From positions 1 to 64,000 of the IMG/VR virus record IMGVR_UViG_3300009184_000001: 64,000 nucleotides of DNA; one strand, written 5' to 3'. The notes under the pieces were generated by a model. It had not been told where the DNA came from. It ran no database searches and was given only the letters and a program-made list of their open reading frames with translations. Origin of the DNA: a virus. Positions 9,915-20,444 of this stretch are shown piece after piece. Each line of letters starts with the position of its first letter. The first letter of the stretch is position 1. The position numbers were made by a program, and so were the translations under genes.

Positions 9915-11189
9915 TTATACTCCTACTGCTTTCCATTGTTGTGGAAGCTTTACAAATCCTTGACTTCCTTCTTTTATAATCATATCAGTAGATGATAGCT
10001 TTACGGTGTCCATGTTAAAGTATAGGCTTGAAATTCCACCATTTTGCAAAACATCCGCGTTAATTACCCCAACATTAGAGGCATCTCTAGTTCTAAATGA
10101 AGTCTGTACGGTGTCACCTAGGCCATCTGTTGCAATTTTTAACTCAATAACATAGTCTCCAATTTTGTGAAACATGTGCTTAGCCTCTTTAACCATCCAA
10201 AAACCATCAGTAAGGTTACCTGTTCCTGATATAAAAGTTGTTGAAAAAGGCCTGATTCGAGGGTCTCCTTGACCGTGTACCGTAGCAGGAAGATTAAATC
10301 TAGCAAGTTCAGCAGCACCTTTAGCTTCGACTAAAGCGGCTTCTGAGCTAGGAGCTACTCTGTCTGTTCTGTACTCAGAAAATAAAACATCAGTGTTTCT
10401 ATCACGTAAGTTAGTCCCAGTTATAGCCGGACTAGCTTGGGATAGGTACTGTTTGTTTGTTATTGGGTCAACACCACCAACATTTTTAATAGTTCTATAG
10501 TTGACACTATCTTCAATATTGTCTCCGCTAATTACAGTAAAACTGTCTAGAGTCCTATCCAATGCCTGAGTGTTAAAAGGTATTGTAGCGTCACCAATAC
10601 TAAGTATGGCTGCATTGCTAAACCCTAAGTCAATAAGTTTATCTAAGGGACGAAATATAAAGTTCATTCCATCAACAATTACCCCATAACCAATTCTTTT
10701 AGCCTGCTCAACAATCCACTCCCAGTAAGTTAAACCAGCTATTGTTAACTGTGGAAATTTTTGTGAAACATTATCCCCAATAAAATTAAACCCATACTCT
10801 TTAACAATTTCTTCTACAGCCTGGGGAATTGAGTAGTCTTTAAAAACTCTTGCAACTCTAGCCTTTAAAGGAAATGAGCTTCCAACACAAACAATAGTCA
10901 TAGAGTTCATTCTTTGAGGGGAGTTTCCTTTAGACACAGTTGATACGTAGCCTACCCAACTTTTAGACAAAGTGTCCTGGTTCCAAGAAAATTGAATAGG
11001 TAGACCAGTGTGCAGTGAGTCAAACCAAAGAGTGCTTTCTGCTGGGTACTCTAAAACCATGACGTCATGGGCGTATTGTTTTTGGTATAAATCGATTCTT
11101 CTAGGCTGAGCCGTTAAAGACGGCAAAGTAGGAAAGGTAATAGCTGTGTTTGTACCTCTCCTATACTTACCAACAAAAACATCAGACAC
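9915..11189 (-). CDS. Baseplate hub (gpD/gp27-like)
   Basis: 424 aa; GQGDPRIRP...GFWMVKEAKH; lies between the tail-X-like and gp25 genes. Confidence 0.75.
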   Translation of the reverse strand: MSDVFVGKYRRGTNTAITFPTLPSLTAQPRRIDLYQKQYAHDVMVLEYPAESTLWFDSLHTGLPIQFSWNQDTLSKSWVGYVSTVSKGNSPQRMNSMTIVCVGSSFPLKARVARVFKDYSIPQAVEEIVKEYGFNFIGDNVSQKFPQLTIAGLTYWEWIVEQAKRIGYGVIVDGMNFIFRPLDKLIDLGFSNAAILSIGDATIPFNTQALDRTLDSFTVISGDNIEDSVNYRTIKNVGGVDPITNKQYLSQASPAITGTNLRDRNTDVLFSEYRTDRVAPSSEAALVEAKGAAELARFNLPATVHGQGDPRIRPFSTTFISGTGNLTDGFWMVKEAKHMFHKIGDYVIELKIATDGLGDTVQTSFRTRDASNVGVINADVLQNGGISSLYFNMDTVKLSSTDMIIKEGSQGFVKLPQQWKAVGV

Positions 11190-11457
11190 TTGGAATCCTT
11201 ATTGTTGCTCCAATAGGAATAGAAAATGGGTCAATAATCTCTGGATTTGCATCCATTATTTTCCACCAAAACACAGGGCTACCTAAAAGTTGCTCAGAGA
11301 CAAGGTCAATCCTGTCTCCAGTAGTCCAAGTGTAATAGTAAAAAGTAAACTTGGCTTTTGGAAAAGTTCGGTATACACCTAATCGGTATGTTTGAGTTCT
11401 TGCATCCTGTGCTTTTATGATAGTGCCAGTGGCGTATCTACTATCGGTGTATATCAT
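11182..11457 (-). CDS. LysM/tail protein X-like baseplate protein
   Basis: GDRIDLVSEQLLGSPVFWWKIMDANP..IPIGATIRIP. Confidence 0.8.
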   Translation of the reverse strand: MIYTDSRYATGTIIKAQDARTQTYRLGVYRTFPKAKFTFYYYTWTTGDRIDLVSEQLLGSPVFWWKIMDANPEIIDPFSIPIGATIRIPSV

Positions 11458-12683
11458 TAAATTCCTCCTCCGCCGCCATTGCCGCCTGGGTACTGCCCTG
11501 AAACAGGGTAGTCGGGGAGACGAGCAAAGGCGATATCAACTGTGCTGAACAATGGCACCATACGCTCATTAAAAATCATATGGTTAATATTTAAACTGTT
11601 TACAACTCCAAGATACCGAAGTGATTTACCTAAGTGAAGTTCTACTGGGATTGCTGGTAACCAGCCCATATCAGCTGTGTTTTCTCCGCGAAGGTAACTG
11701 CTCATTGTTGTCCCCATAAGAACTCTCAATAAGTATTCAAGGTCATACATAGTGCCTTTATTATAGATATCTTTTTCTTCTTGTTGATTGGCAGGTGCTT
11801 TAGCATACCTATCTCTGTTTTGCAGGTTACCGTACTCATCATAATACTGCATATCAAAAATACGATTAATAATGATTTGGAAAGATACAGAACCTTGCGA
11901 ACCAGAAACTCCCGCTAAGTTAAACATTTCAGTTCCAGAGGTAATCATAGTTACGTCTACGTTAGGTGAGGTGAAGTAACTCATCGCAACAGTTCCAGGG
12001 TTATATTGGAACTGGAACCCGTAGTTGTGTTTATCAAAATAGTCTGATGACTGAGCTTTATTTGAACCAGAGTTCCAAGCTTTTAATACCTGCTCAGAAG
12101 TAACAATCATACCTTTACTTCCAAGAACTGAAGTCCACAAATCACCAGCAGAGTGAACAACTGTAGGCTGGTTATGGGAGAGCATTAGTTTGTTTACAAA
12201 GTCTGTTCTATTGCTAAAATATGCTTCTTTTACAGAACTGGCATTATAAGACAAAGGAGTAAAGGTGCTTTTATTAATTGATTTATAAGCTCCAACTCCA
12301 TTTCCAGTAATCTTTTTAGCATCTGTTAACGCTTGAATTGCTGAAGAGGTTTTAGAGATTTCTTTACTAACACCCAACGCTATGTTTAAGGAAGAAAGCT
12401 TTCCAGATACGATATCTCTTTGACTTTGTAAACTTATAATTGATTGTTCTAATATATCAATTGATGATTGGGTTGTGTTATTGTTTTGAGCAGGGTCAGA
12501 GTCGTTCAGTGTTTTAAGCTGTGTTTTTTTATCTGCAATTAAAATATCAAAATCTTTAACTTGCCTTGTAAGGTTTGATATTTTATCAGAATAAGAAGTC
12601 AAAGCCGCTAATTCATTTACAGCAATTTGTTGGTCAGCCGCTGCTGCAATAGCTTTATCACGTGATGATGTTGCTGCCGCCAT
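11457..12683 (-). CDS. Tail tube initiator-like protein with N-terminal coiled coil
   Basis: YGFQFQYNPGTV and RYLGVVNSLNINHMIFNERMVP; immediately after the tape measure gene. Confidence 0.65.
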   Translation of the reverse strand: MAAATSSRDKAIAAAADQQIAVNELAALTSYSDKISNLTRQVKDFDILIADKKTQLKTLNDSDPAQNNNTTQSSIDILEQSIISLQSQRDIVSGKLSSLNIALGVSKEISKTSSAIQALTDAKKITGNGVGAYKSINKSTFTPLSYNASSVKEAYFSNRTDFVNKLMLSHNQPTVVHSAGDLWTSVLGSKGMIVTSEQVLKAWNSGSNKAQSSDYFDKHNYGFQFQYNPGTVAMSYFTSPNVDVTMITSGTEMFNLAGVSGSQGSVSFQIIINRIFDMQYYDEYGNLQNRDRYAKAPANQQEEKDIYNKGTMYDLEYLLRVLMGTTMSSYLRGENTADMGWLPAIPVELHLGKSLRYLGVVNSLNINHMIFNERMVPLFSTVDIAFARLPDYPVSGQYPGGNGGGGGI

Positions 12684-15301
12684 TACATACCTCCTGTGTT
12701 AGATAGAAGTGAATTATCGTCTAGGTACTGTTTTACTAGTTGAGCAAATTTAACAGCATCAGCAGAAGTTACATCTGGAACTTGTACAACGATACTTACG
12801 TTATTGCTAATGTTATTTTTTGCACCCCCAGAATCAGAAGTAAGTACGTTTCCAGTAACTGGGGTGTACTTAGTAGGGTCACCGCTCATAGCTTGATTCC
12901 AAGCCCCTGCACTCATACCAAGGTTTGCCGCCATAGCTTGAACTGAACCAAGAATTTTACTTGTATCTCCAGAATATAGGCCAGATAAAGTGTTCATAGC
13001 ATTAGTAATGTTTGAGGGTGTCCCACTCATTGCTTTAGCTCTGTCTACTGGACCGGCCACCGCACCCGAGGAGGAGGAAATAGGGGCGCCTGTTGAGTCT
13101 GGCTTTAAAGTCATTCCTTGGCTAGTACCGTTTACCAGACCGCTTAGTCCCATTCCACTACTTTGAATACTTCCCGCACTATCTGGGTTTACAGAGGTAC
13201 CCATACCACCAGCTGTTTGACGTCCTTTGCGAATTTCAAAGTGCAAGTGAGCTCCAGCAGGTCCAAGTGGTTCAGTACGACCTGAGTTTCCTGCTTTACC
13301 AATAACCTGCCCTTTACTAACAGGGTCATTTGCTTTTACTAATACCTGAGATAAATGTCCATAAATAGAAGTGTATTCACCATCTCCACCACTATGAACA
13401 ATAGTAATATAATTTCCAAGACTTCCTCCAGTAGAGTCTTGATTAGGGTGGTTATCAATTGCTATTAAAACAATGCCGTCAGCAACTGCTCTTACATCAT
13501 CTCCAATATTATAGTTATAGTCTGTTCCACCATGGGTGTGTTTTAACCCTTTTTCGTCTGTCCTTGTTGTACCTAATGCCTCGTTTACTTTGTGGCCACT
13601 TGCAACATACGATATGTCAAACAACCCTCTTCCACCGCCACCCCCAGTACCACCAGTTCCTACAGAGCGACCAGTTCCAACTGAGTTGTTATTGGTTGGA
13701 CCACCAAAACCACCTAGTAAAGTAGCTCCAGCAGAGCTTCCTAGAGCAGCACCCATGCTTGCACCCATGCTACCAGCAATGATTCCCATTTCAGTAAGCG
13801 CAGGAGCAGGGTTAAGTGCATCCATACCCATAAAGGCTTGACCAATACCAGCTAATCCTTTACTTGTAAAGTCAATAGCGGTGTTTACTCCACCAATAAG
13901 GCCCTTAGTAGTATTAGCACCAAACAATGTCTGAATCATTGCACTAGCTCCACCAAGAGCCTTAGACAAAGCCCCAGCAGTAGCATTTAAAGCCATCAGA
14001 GCGTTGCTAGCCTGATTAATTCCGCTAATGTAACTTGCTTGCGCACTATCCATTGCAGCCGTTGCAGAGGTATCTACAGCCATTTGTGATGCAAGTGGGT
14101 TTTTAGAAGCTAGCCCATTAGTTACATCTGTAGAAGAAGAAAGGTCGACTTTATTTCCACCAGTGGCTCTGTCTATCATGTACTGTTTAAACATTTGAGC
14201 ACCCTGCTTATCGCCACTAAAGAACGAGTCAATAGTTACGCCAAGAGAACCTCTACGAATAGACGACATAGTTTGTTCTTGGTTAGCTTGTCCTCGTCCA
14301 GCAGTAAGACGTTGCGCTAGTTCTTCAAAAATTTGTCCCTGAGTCTTTTCTTTACCAGTAGACAAATCAGCGGTGTAAATACCAAAATTCTGCAGCGCAC
14401 TTGCTGCGCCTTTAGCAGAAGTCAAACCTTCGATAGAGGCTGCTGCATCTTCATTTGAAATGTTCATATAACGAGCAGCGTTACCAATTGTGTTCATGGT
14501 TTGACCATAAACGTCTTGATTTGAAGACATACCACGAGAAGCTAAGTATTGAGCAACTTTTGCATCTGAACCTGGGGAAGTGATTGCAGACATTGCACTA
14601 AGTCTGCCAAATGTTTTTTGAGAAAGAGTCCCAGCGTTAGTACCACTATAGATACCCGCATTGTAGTACCCAGTTGCCCTACCCATTACTCCTTCAACTC
14701 CAGGAAGGAAAGTGTTAATAGCACCTTGCATACCCTGCATAAGTTTTACAGTGTCGGAAAGACCATACATGCTACTGGTAATGTTTGCTTGTGATTCTGG
14801 AGATAGTGCTGCAAATCTAGACTGTTTCATAACGTTTCCATTACGGTCTGTCATGGCATCTCCATTGCCATCATACATTGTCTGTGTTTTGCGGTTACTA
14901 ATGCCCTTCATACCAAGGTAGGCTCCTTGAGCCCTATCCTTCATTTTCTCCATTTTTTCTTCATTGGAGCGCTTAATTTCCTGCATTCTTTGGAACTGAC
15001 CTCCAAATGTGCCGTATCCAAGAGAAGAGTCATAGCCTCCGTGCATATTGACCACATCGGGTCTCTGCATTCCAAGTCTGTTCATCGCAGCTTTTGCAAA
15101 ACGACCTTGGCTCATGTTAGCTCTGGTGTTCATTGCAGCAGACATGTCTTTAGCAGAAGGCATACCGCCTCCGCCAGATTTGCCTTTAGAGCCTTCTCCA
15201 CCCATGTTAGAGTCAAACTGAGATGACTTCTTAACTAAGTTGTCAACAATCTTCTCAGCTTGTTTAAGCCTGGATACAAGGCCTTCTAAACTATCAGCCA
15301 T
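12683..15301 (-). CDS. Tape measure protein with M23 peptidase domain
   Basis: 872 aa, Ala/Gly/Met-rich; HGGTD (HxxxD), SIYGHL and AHLHFEIR (HxH) M23 motifs; follows the tail chaperone. Confidence 0.85.
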   Translation of the reverse strand: MADSLEGLVSRLKQAEKIVDNLVKKSSQFDSNMGGEGSKGKSGGGGMPSAKDMSAAMNTRANMSQGRFAKAAMNRLGMQRPDVVNMHGGYDSSLGYGTFGGQFQRMQEIKRSNEEKMEKMKDRAQGAYLGMKGISNRKTQTMYDGNGDAMTDRNGNVMKQSRFAALSPESQANITSSMYGLSDTVKLMQGMQGAINTFLPGVEGVMGRATGYYNAGIYSGTNAGTLSQKTFGRLSAMSAITSPGSDAKVAQYLASRGMSSNQDVYGQTMNTIGNAARYMNISNEDAAASIEGLTSAKGAASALQNFGIYTADLSTGKEKTQGQIFEELAQRLTAGRGQANQEQTMSSIRRGSLGVTIDSFFSGDKQGAQMFKQYMIDRATGGNKVDLSSSTDVTNGLASKNPLASQMAVDTSATAAMDSAQASYISGINQASNALMALNATAGALSKALGGASAMIQTLFGANTTKGLIGGVNTAIDFTSKGLAGIGQAFMGMDALNPAPALTEMGIIAGSMGASMGAALGSSAGATLLGGFGGPTNNNSVGTGRSVGTGGTGGGGGRGLFDISYVASGHKVNEALGTTRTDEKGLKHTHGGTDYNYNIGDDVRAVADGIVLIAIDNHPNQDSTGGSLGNYITIVHSGGDGEYTSIYGHLSQVLVKANDPVSKGQVIGKAGNSGRTEPLGPAGAHLHFEIRKGRQTAGGMGTSVNPDSAGSIQSSGMGLSGLVNGTSQGMTLKPDSTGAPISSSSGAVAGPVDRAKAMSGTPSNITNAMNTLSGLYSGDTSKILGSVQAMAANLGMSAGAWNQAMSGDPTKYTPVTGNVLTSDSGGAKNNISNNVSIVVQVPDVTSADAVKFAQLVKQYLDDNSLLSNTGGM

Positions 15302-15302
15302 A

Positions 15303-15455
15303 TTAAGTCCTTACTAACTTTCCAGCAGCCTTGGCCATTTCTAGCCAATTAGCTCTTTCCTTAGGAGTTAACTCTTTAATTTCATTCAGAGTCCACCCTG
15401 TAAAACTTACGGTTAATGCCATCCAATCTGACATTAACTTGTAGTAGTGCGATAC
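15303..15455 (-). CDS. Second tail-assembly/baseplate chaperone segment (own ATG at 15434 or reached by +1 frameshift)
   Basis: Hand translation: VSHYYKLMSDWMALTVSFTGWTLNEIKELTPKERANWLEMAKAAGKLVRT*; fills the gap before the tape measure gene. Confidence 0.7.
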   Translation of the reverse strand, partial: VSHYYKLMSDWMALTVSFTGWTLNEIKELTPKERANWLEMAKAAGKLVRT

Positions 15456-15456
15456 T

Positions 15457-16272
15457 TTAGAAGCGAAACAAAGTTCCAAGATTAATTGGAACCACTACCT
15501 TTCCTTCACAGTCTGGACAATCAATAACAATGTCATCAAACTGTGGGCCAGGAATACGTTTTGCAATCTCATCACCAATTTTTTTACGGTCAACTAGTCC
15601 AATTGCTTGAACTTGAGCTTTACCCATAACAGGCTTGCCGTCAATTTCAAGAATAGTGTGCTGTAGCAGTGTTGTTGTTAATTCTGCGCCATTACGGTCA
15701 GTACTTGTTGCAAGTTCTTTTTGCACTACTCCCGTAGGAAGAGTAACTTCATACACACTTGATTTACCTTGAACAGTGAACACCCGGTCTACAATTGAAT
15801 CTACTAAAATCTTGACTTTAATATCACGGTCAACGTCTATTTCTACATCTTTAAAATCATCACAACCAACGCAATAGGTAGACACTTCAGTTACTTTACC
15901 AAAAGTAACTTTAAAAATTCCTAGCATAAGAGCATCACGGTCACCTGAAAGCAAAGAATCAAGAAGTGGTTCTGTTACTGGTAAATCACCAAGTTTAACT
16001 ACAGCACGATTTAGAATAGTATTAAAAGCTTTTCCAATGTTATTGGATTTGCCAATAACCTCTTCGTCTTTTCCATTTAGTTCACGAACTTCAGCGGTCC
16101 TGATGACCTCCCCAGCTGGAGTAATAAATCCAGCAGGGAGGTTCACCAAGGTGTCCGAAGGAGTGTTGATAATTAGTGGTGAAGTGTTTTGTGTTTCTGT
16201 GCTTTGCAGTACTTTGTTAATAAGGTCGTTATTAAGTTCAGCACCACTTGCAGTTTTCATATTGTTTTCCAT
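15457..16272 (-). CDS. Tail assembly chaperone / T4 gp26-like baseplate assembly protein
   Basis: AEVRELNGKDEE, LLSGDRDAL, two CxxC motifs; between tube and tape measure. Confidence 0.75.
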   Translation of the reverse strand: MENNMKTASGAELNNDLINKVLQSTETQNTSPLIINTPSDTLVNLPAGFITPAGEVIRTAEVRELNGKDEEVIGKSNNIGKAFNTILNRAVVKLGDLPVTEPLLDSLLSGDRDALMLGIFKVTFGKVTEVSTYCVGCDDFKDVEIDVDRDIKVKILVDSIVDRVFTVQGKSSVYEVTLPTGVVQKELATSTDRNGAELTTTLLQHTILEIDGKPVMGKAQVQAIGLVDRKKIGDEIAKRIPGPQFDDIVIDCPDCEGKVVVPINLGTLFRF

Positions 16273-16291
16273 ATAATTATCCTTTTTCTAT

Positions 16292-16924
16292 TTACTTAAA
16301 TTTTGCAGCAGAGCCACCGGCTGTTAGGTCAGTGCCCCAGTTCATGTCGAAACCTTCATGAACAAGAGTCATCTGCTCTACAAACAAAGCGTTGTCACCA
16401 GCGTTTAGGTCAGAGTAAGCAACAGCTGTTGGCCAGCAGTTGTACACCTGGAAACGTGCTGAAACGTGGTCCTTGTAGTTAGCAGTAGTTAGCTCTAGGT
16501 TGTTTCCACCAGAACCGGCAATTGGGTGGGTTAGCACTTCAATTTCCAAGTCACAGCGGAAGTTTTCACCCTGCTGAGAAGTGGTGCCGTTTTGAACGGT
16601 AGCAAACAACTTGCGCATCCAGTCCCAGTGCTGTGAGGTACCTAGTACGACACCACGCTGCAATGTGATTGGTGAGAAGGTTGTCTGACCAGGAATCTGG
16701 TGAACAGTGGTGTTGTAGCCACCCTCACGGTAAGGGATGCTGTCAGTAGTTACTGACAAACCCGATACAGAAGTGAAGCCGACAGTCACCTTTGGGGTTT
16801 TCAACCAAGAACCGCCACCTGCGTTGCCACCAGTAAGTGGCTTGAAGGTAACCAGGAACCTAAAGTTTCTGATTGGGTCGGTCTCAAGAGTTGAACGGTT
16901 GTTGATAATAGTTGGTCCAGCCAT
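16292..16924 (-). CDS. Tail tube protein (T4 gp19-like)
   Basis: DPIRNFRFLV, GFTSVSGL, YREGG, PITLQRG, YNCWP, EQMTLVHEG. Confidence 0.93.
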   Translation of the reverse strand: MAGPTIINNRSTLETDPIRNFRFLVTFKPLTGGNAGGGSWLKTPKVTVGFTSVSGLSVTTDSIPYREGGYNTTVHQIPGQTTFSPITLQRGVVLGTSQHWDWMRKLFATVQNGTTSQQGENFRCDLEIEVLTHPIAGSGGNNLELTTANYKDHVSARFQVYNCWPTAVAYSDLNAGDNALFVEQMTLVHEGFDMNWGTDLTAGGSAAKFK

Positions 16925-16942
16925 TTATTATTTCTCCTTTGG

Positions 16943-19432
16943 TTATTCTGCAGTCTTTTGACTGAGGTTAATGACAACAAATTCTGCAGGGTATTCAAGA
17001 GCCACACCAATTTCAATGTGAACCTCACCAGCCTGAATGCTTGCTGTGGTGTTATTTTCTGCATCACACTTGATGTAGAAAGATTGTTCTGGAGTAGTTC
17101 CACGTAGACCACCCTGATTGCGGTAATCATTTAGGAATACACCAAGAACAGTAATGAGACGTGCCCATAGGGTTTCAGTGTTGTTTTCAAATAGCGCAAA
17201 GATAGATAGGTCATTTAGACGCTTTTCAATGTACGACAATGAACGACGCATGTTAATGTAACGGTTTGCACTACCATCTTGTAGCAGAGTACGTCCACCC
17301 ATTACAACTACACCAGCACCTGGAATATTACGAATAGCGTTAACTACATTTTTTCCTGAGGTCAACCCTGCGGCACTCATTCCAGAGTTTAGTTGGTCAA
17401 GTTCTGACGGGCTAAATGCACGCTCAAGAGCAATTGCATCTTTAATAACGGCGTTAATACCAGCAGCTACCTTGAATGCACCAACACGACGGTCAGTAGC
17501 AAGGTATAGACCAGCTACAGCACCAGAAGGGCCCATCTTACGTACAGCGTTACCAGACTTACCTAGTGGGTCTTTAATATAGACCTGTGGGTAATATACT
17601 GCAGAACGGCTGCTTGCATTTAGGTCACCAGCTTGACCCAAAGCTGCATCAACAGTTAGGTCAGGTGCAGTTTCAATTACAACAAAGTGTCTCTTGCTAG
17701 AATTGTCAGTTTCGCTCCAAGACTGAAGAGCCTTGTAAACTTCCTTGGCAATACCCCAACCACTTCCAGTGTCAAATGATGCAGTTCCAGCATTCAAACC
17801 AAGAGCATTTGTAGCATTTCCAATATCTACAGTTCCACCAGAAACTCCACCAACAGTAAATGTAAATGGACTAGTAGTAGTAACTGCAGTGGTAGTTAGA
17901 TTAGCATTTAGGAAAGTCAAGCTTGGTACAGTAAACGCTAACACGGCTCCAGCCAATGGGGTAATTCCAGTAGAAGTCGTAGTACTTAATTCAAATGTTG
18001 TTGCATTTGGAATTTTAGCAATAGTTGTTCCAGTAGGTAATGCACCAGTACCACTTGAAACTGTAACACCCATACCTACACGCAGTACGTCAGTTGAGCT
18101 TACCGTTACTGTTGTAGTTACTACGCTTCCAACGGTTACGTTAGCTGATGTTCCGTTTCCAACACCACCACCATTAGTAAGACCGCTGAAAGTCAGAGTT
18201 GCAGCAGCTAGGTCAAGCGTTGGAGCCTTGTCCAAAACAAACGATGTAGCGTTTGTAATGCTAGCAATCTTTGTATTAATTGGAAGAGTACCAGTACCGC
18301 TAATAGTAACAGTCATACCAACACTAAGAGGGTAAGTTGAACCAGTAACAGTAACTGTAGTTCCTAAGTTAGTAGTTGTACCAGTTCCAACACCAGTAGT
18401 AACAACTGAAGTAGGAGCAGTCAAACCACTAATACTTAGTAGTTCTCCAGCTAGGAATGGATGTGCAGTTGCAGTTGTAAACTTAGCAGTTTTAGCTGTG
18501 TTATCGTAGAACACGCTAATTGGGGTAGCAATCTTACCAACAGTAGTATCAGCAACACGGCCAACAACGTCTGGAAGGAAGAATACCAAAGGCTGGTCAA
18601 TGTTTTCAAACTCCTTGAATACAGAACAGTCAGAAACTGCAAAAGTACCTGGTGTTAGAGATGCAGGGTTGTAAACAGTGTTACCAGTGTAATCTGCATA
18701 CACAAAGTCAACATCAGGGTTAGGAGCACCTGATAGAACAATAGTGTCTGTTTGCGGAATGTTTAGTACGTTTTTTGCAACAACATAGTTTACCTTAGGT
18801 GAAATTACAGCACCAGAAGTATCGTATTCAGTTTCAATTCCTTCAAGAATCTTAATGTAATCAGAACCAAATGCCAACACTGTAGGAGCGTAGTCTCCAG
18901 AAAGTGCATCATGGAAAATAACGCCGTTAAACTGCTCTACAATAACGTCATCAGTAATGCTGTTAGTAGTAGGGGTGTTTGCATCGTAATAAACACTAAT
19001 GTCATAGTATCCAGCAAGACGCACGGCTTTTGAAGCAACGATAGCTACACGGATGTTGTTTCCATCTAGACCACGGTGCTTAGCTGCGATAGTGCAGAGA
19101 GTACCTGAAGCAGGTGTTCCAGTACCCGTAAAGGTAACAGCACTTTTTGCCACTTTCTTTGAAGAAGAAGGGAAAATACGCTTTACATAAAGCTCAGTTC
19201 CACCATTCTTAAAGAATGAACCAACGCTAAAAGTCGCTGGGTATTTTGCATTGTAACCACCAAATATGTTAGTAAAGTCATACCATGACGTTACCTTTGT
19301 AATCTGGTCTGAGCCACGCTCAAATGCTGCAATTACAGCACCTGCGGCGTTAGCCGTTGCAGCTATGTTTGCTGGTGCTGCAGCCAGTGGAAGTTCATTG
19401 ATGAACACTCCAGGACGATTATATGTCGCCAT
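16943..19432 (-). CDS. Contractile tail sheath protein
   Basis: YNRPGVFINE, FFKNGG, VNAIRNIPGAG, GGRTL, RYINMRR, FENNTETLW, PAEFVVI. Confidence 0.95.
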   Translation of the reverse strand: MATYNRPGVFINELPLAAAPANIAATANAAGAVIAAFERGSDQITKVTSWYDFTNIFGGYNAKYPATFSVGSFFKNGGTELYVKRIFPSSSKKVAKSAVTFTGTGTPASGTLCTIAAKHRGLDGNNIRVAIVASKAVRLAGYYDISVYYDANTPTTNSITDDVIVEQFNGVIFHDALSGDYAPTVLAFGSDYIKILEGIETEYDTSGAVISPKVNYVVAKNVLNIPQTDTIVLSGAPNPDVDFVYADYTGNTVYNPASLTPGTFAVSDCSVFKEFENIDQPLVFFLPDVVGRVADTTVGKIATPISVFYDNTAKTAKFTTATAHPFLAGELLSISGLTAPTSVVTTGVGTGTTTNLGTTVTVTGSTYPLSVGMTVTISGTGTLPINTKIASITNATSFVLDKAPTLDLAAATLTFSGLTNGGGVGNGTSANVTVGSVVTTTVTVSSTDVLRVGMGVTVSSGTGALPTGTTIAKIPNATTFELSTTTSTGITPLAGAVLAFTVPSLTFLNANLTTTAVTTTSPFTFTVGGVSGGTVDIGNATNALGLNAGTASFDTGSGWGIAKEVYKALQSWSETDNSSKRHFVVIETAPDLTVDAALGQAGDLNASSRSAVYYPQVYIKDPLGKSGNAVRKMGPSGAVAGLYLATDRRVGAFKVAAGINAVIKDAIALERAFSPSELDQLNSGMSAAGLTSGKNVVNAIRNIPGAGVVVMGGRTLLQDGSANRYINMRRSLSYIEKRLNDLSIFALFENNTETLWARLITVLGVFLNDYRNQGGLRGTTPEQSFYIKCDAENNTTASIQAGEVHIEIGVALEYPAEFVVINLSQKTAE

Positions 19433-19458
19433 TGTTTCTCCTTAACTAGATGATTATT

Positions 19459-20142
19459 TCAGGGGGTTCCAGATTGTTTCGATATAGTAAACATGTCAAT
19501 ATTATCCCAGTCCACAGAAGTATTTGTGCCTGTAGGAGGATTGACAGTAACTGATTGCACCTTATAGAGTTGACGGAATAGCCCTTGTACAACCTCGGAG
19601 GAGACTCGTACAGAGACTGAATTAATGAACAAGCGTTTTGCTTGTTCAGTTACGTCACGTTTGGCGACGTTCATGACATCTAGGCGTCTCATAGTAATAG
19701 TGTTAGTGGTGACATCACCGACAGTAACACTCTTTTCTGGGATTTCTAGATAGCCAAATCTAAGTGGGAACTTCTGTGTTAGAAGTTGCGCCAGTATTGC
19801 TCGGTCATGGCGAGGATGACGAGCATATGTTGTAATTTGATAGTCAATATAAACTGGGATAGGAATATCCACCACGAAGTCTTGAGTTACTGGGTCAATT
19901 CCATCAGGAGTTAGATAGTTTGGGTTTACTAGTCCACGCATTTCGCGTTCAGCATCCCGCTGAATGTCAACCATATCAATGGTTACATAAGGAAAAGCTT
20001 GGTTACGAATTTCTTGGTCTGGTTGGCCAAACCAAACACCTACAGGACGAGGAACATCCTGGCCGTCTGACTTTTGGTCAGCTACAGTCATACCTTGAAG
20101 CTTTATACGAAGGGCTTCATCTTCAGCAAGGATAAAGGTCAT
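19459..20142 (-). CDS. Tail terminator / sheath stabiliser
   Basis: 227 aa directly upstream of the sheath gene; FPYVTID and PVYIDYQITTY. Confidence 0.65.
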   Translation of the reverse strand: MTFILAEDEALRIKLQGMTVADQKSDGQDVPRPVGVWFGQPDQEIRNQAFPYVTIDMVDIQRDAEREMRGLVNPNYLTPDGIDPVTQDFVVDIPIPVYIDYQITTYARHPRHDRAILAQLLTQKFPLRFGYLEIPEKSVTVGDVTTNTITMRRLDVMNVAKRDVTEQAKRLFINSVSVRVSSEVVQGLFRQLYKVQSVTVNPPTGTNTSVDWDNIDMFTISKQSGTP

Positions 20143-20444
20143 TTGTTGGCCTTTTCTATACGGTCGTTAAAAAGAATGGCAAACACTTTGCCAAATTCAG
20201 AATTCATATTACCGAATCTACGAAGAGTACCTTTATTATTGCCCTGGTATTCTAGGTCAAACACCTGGCTACGGTAGTAGGCGCTATCAATTTTATAAGA
20301 TTTATTACCAGGTTTTACAGTAAGAGAACTGGCAATATTAGCTGGCCAACCTTGATTTTGGGTGTAGACACGCACCTGCTTAGTTAATTCTTTAACTAAG
20401 TCCTTTTTGGCTGCTTCGAATGCGGGCTTTAAATAGTCTAACAC
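20139..20444 (-). CDS. Putative tail completion / neck protein
   Basis: 101 aa with FDLEYQG; coupled to the terminator gene. Confidence 0.55.
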   Translation of the reverse strand: MLDYLKPAFEAAKKDLVKELTKQVRVYTQNQGWPANIASSLTVKPGNKSYKIDSAYYRSQVFDLEYQGNNKGTLRRFGNMNSEFGKVFAILFNDRIEKANK

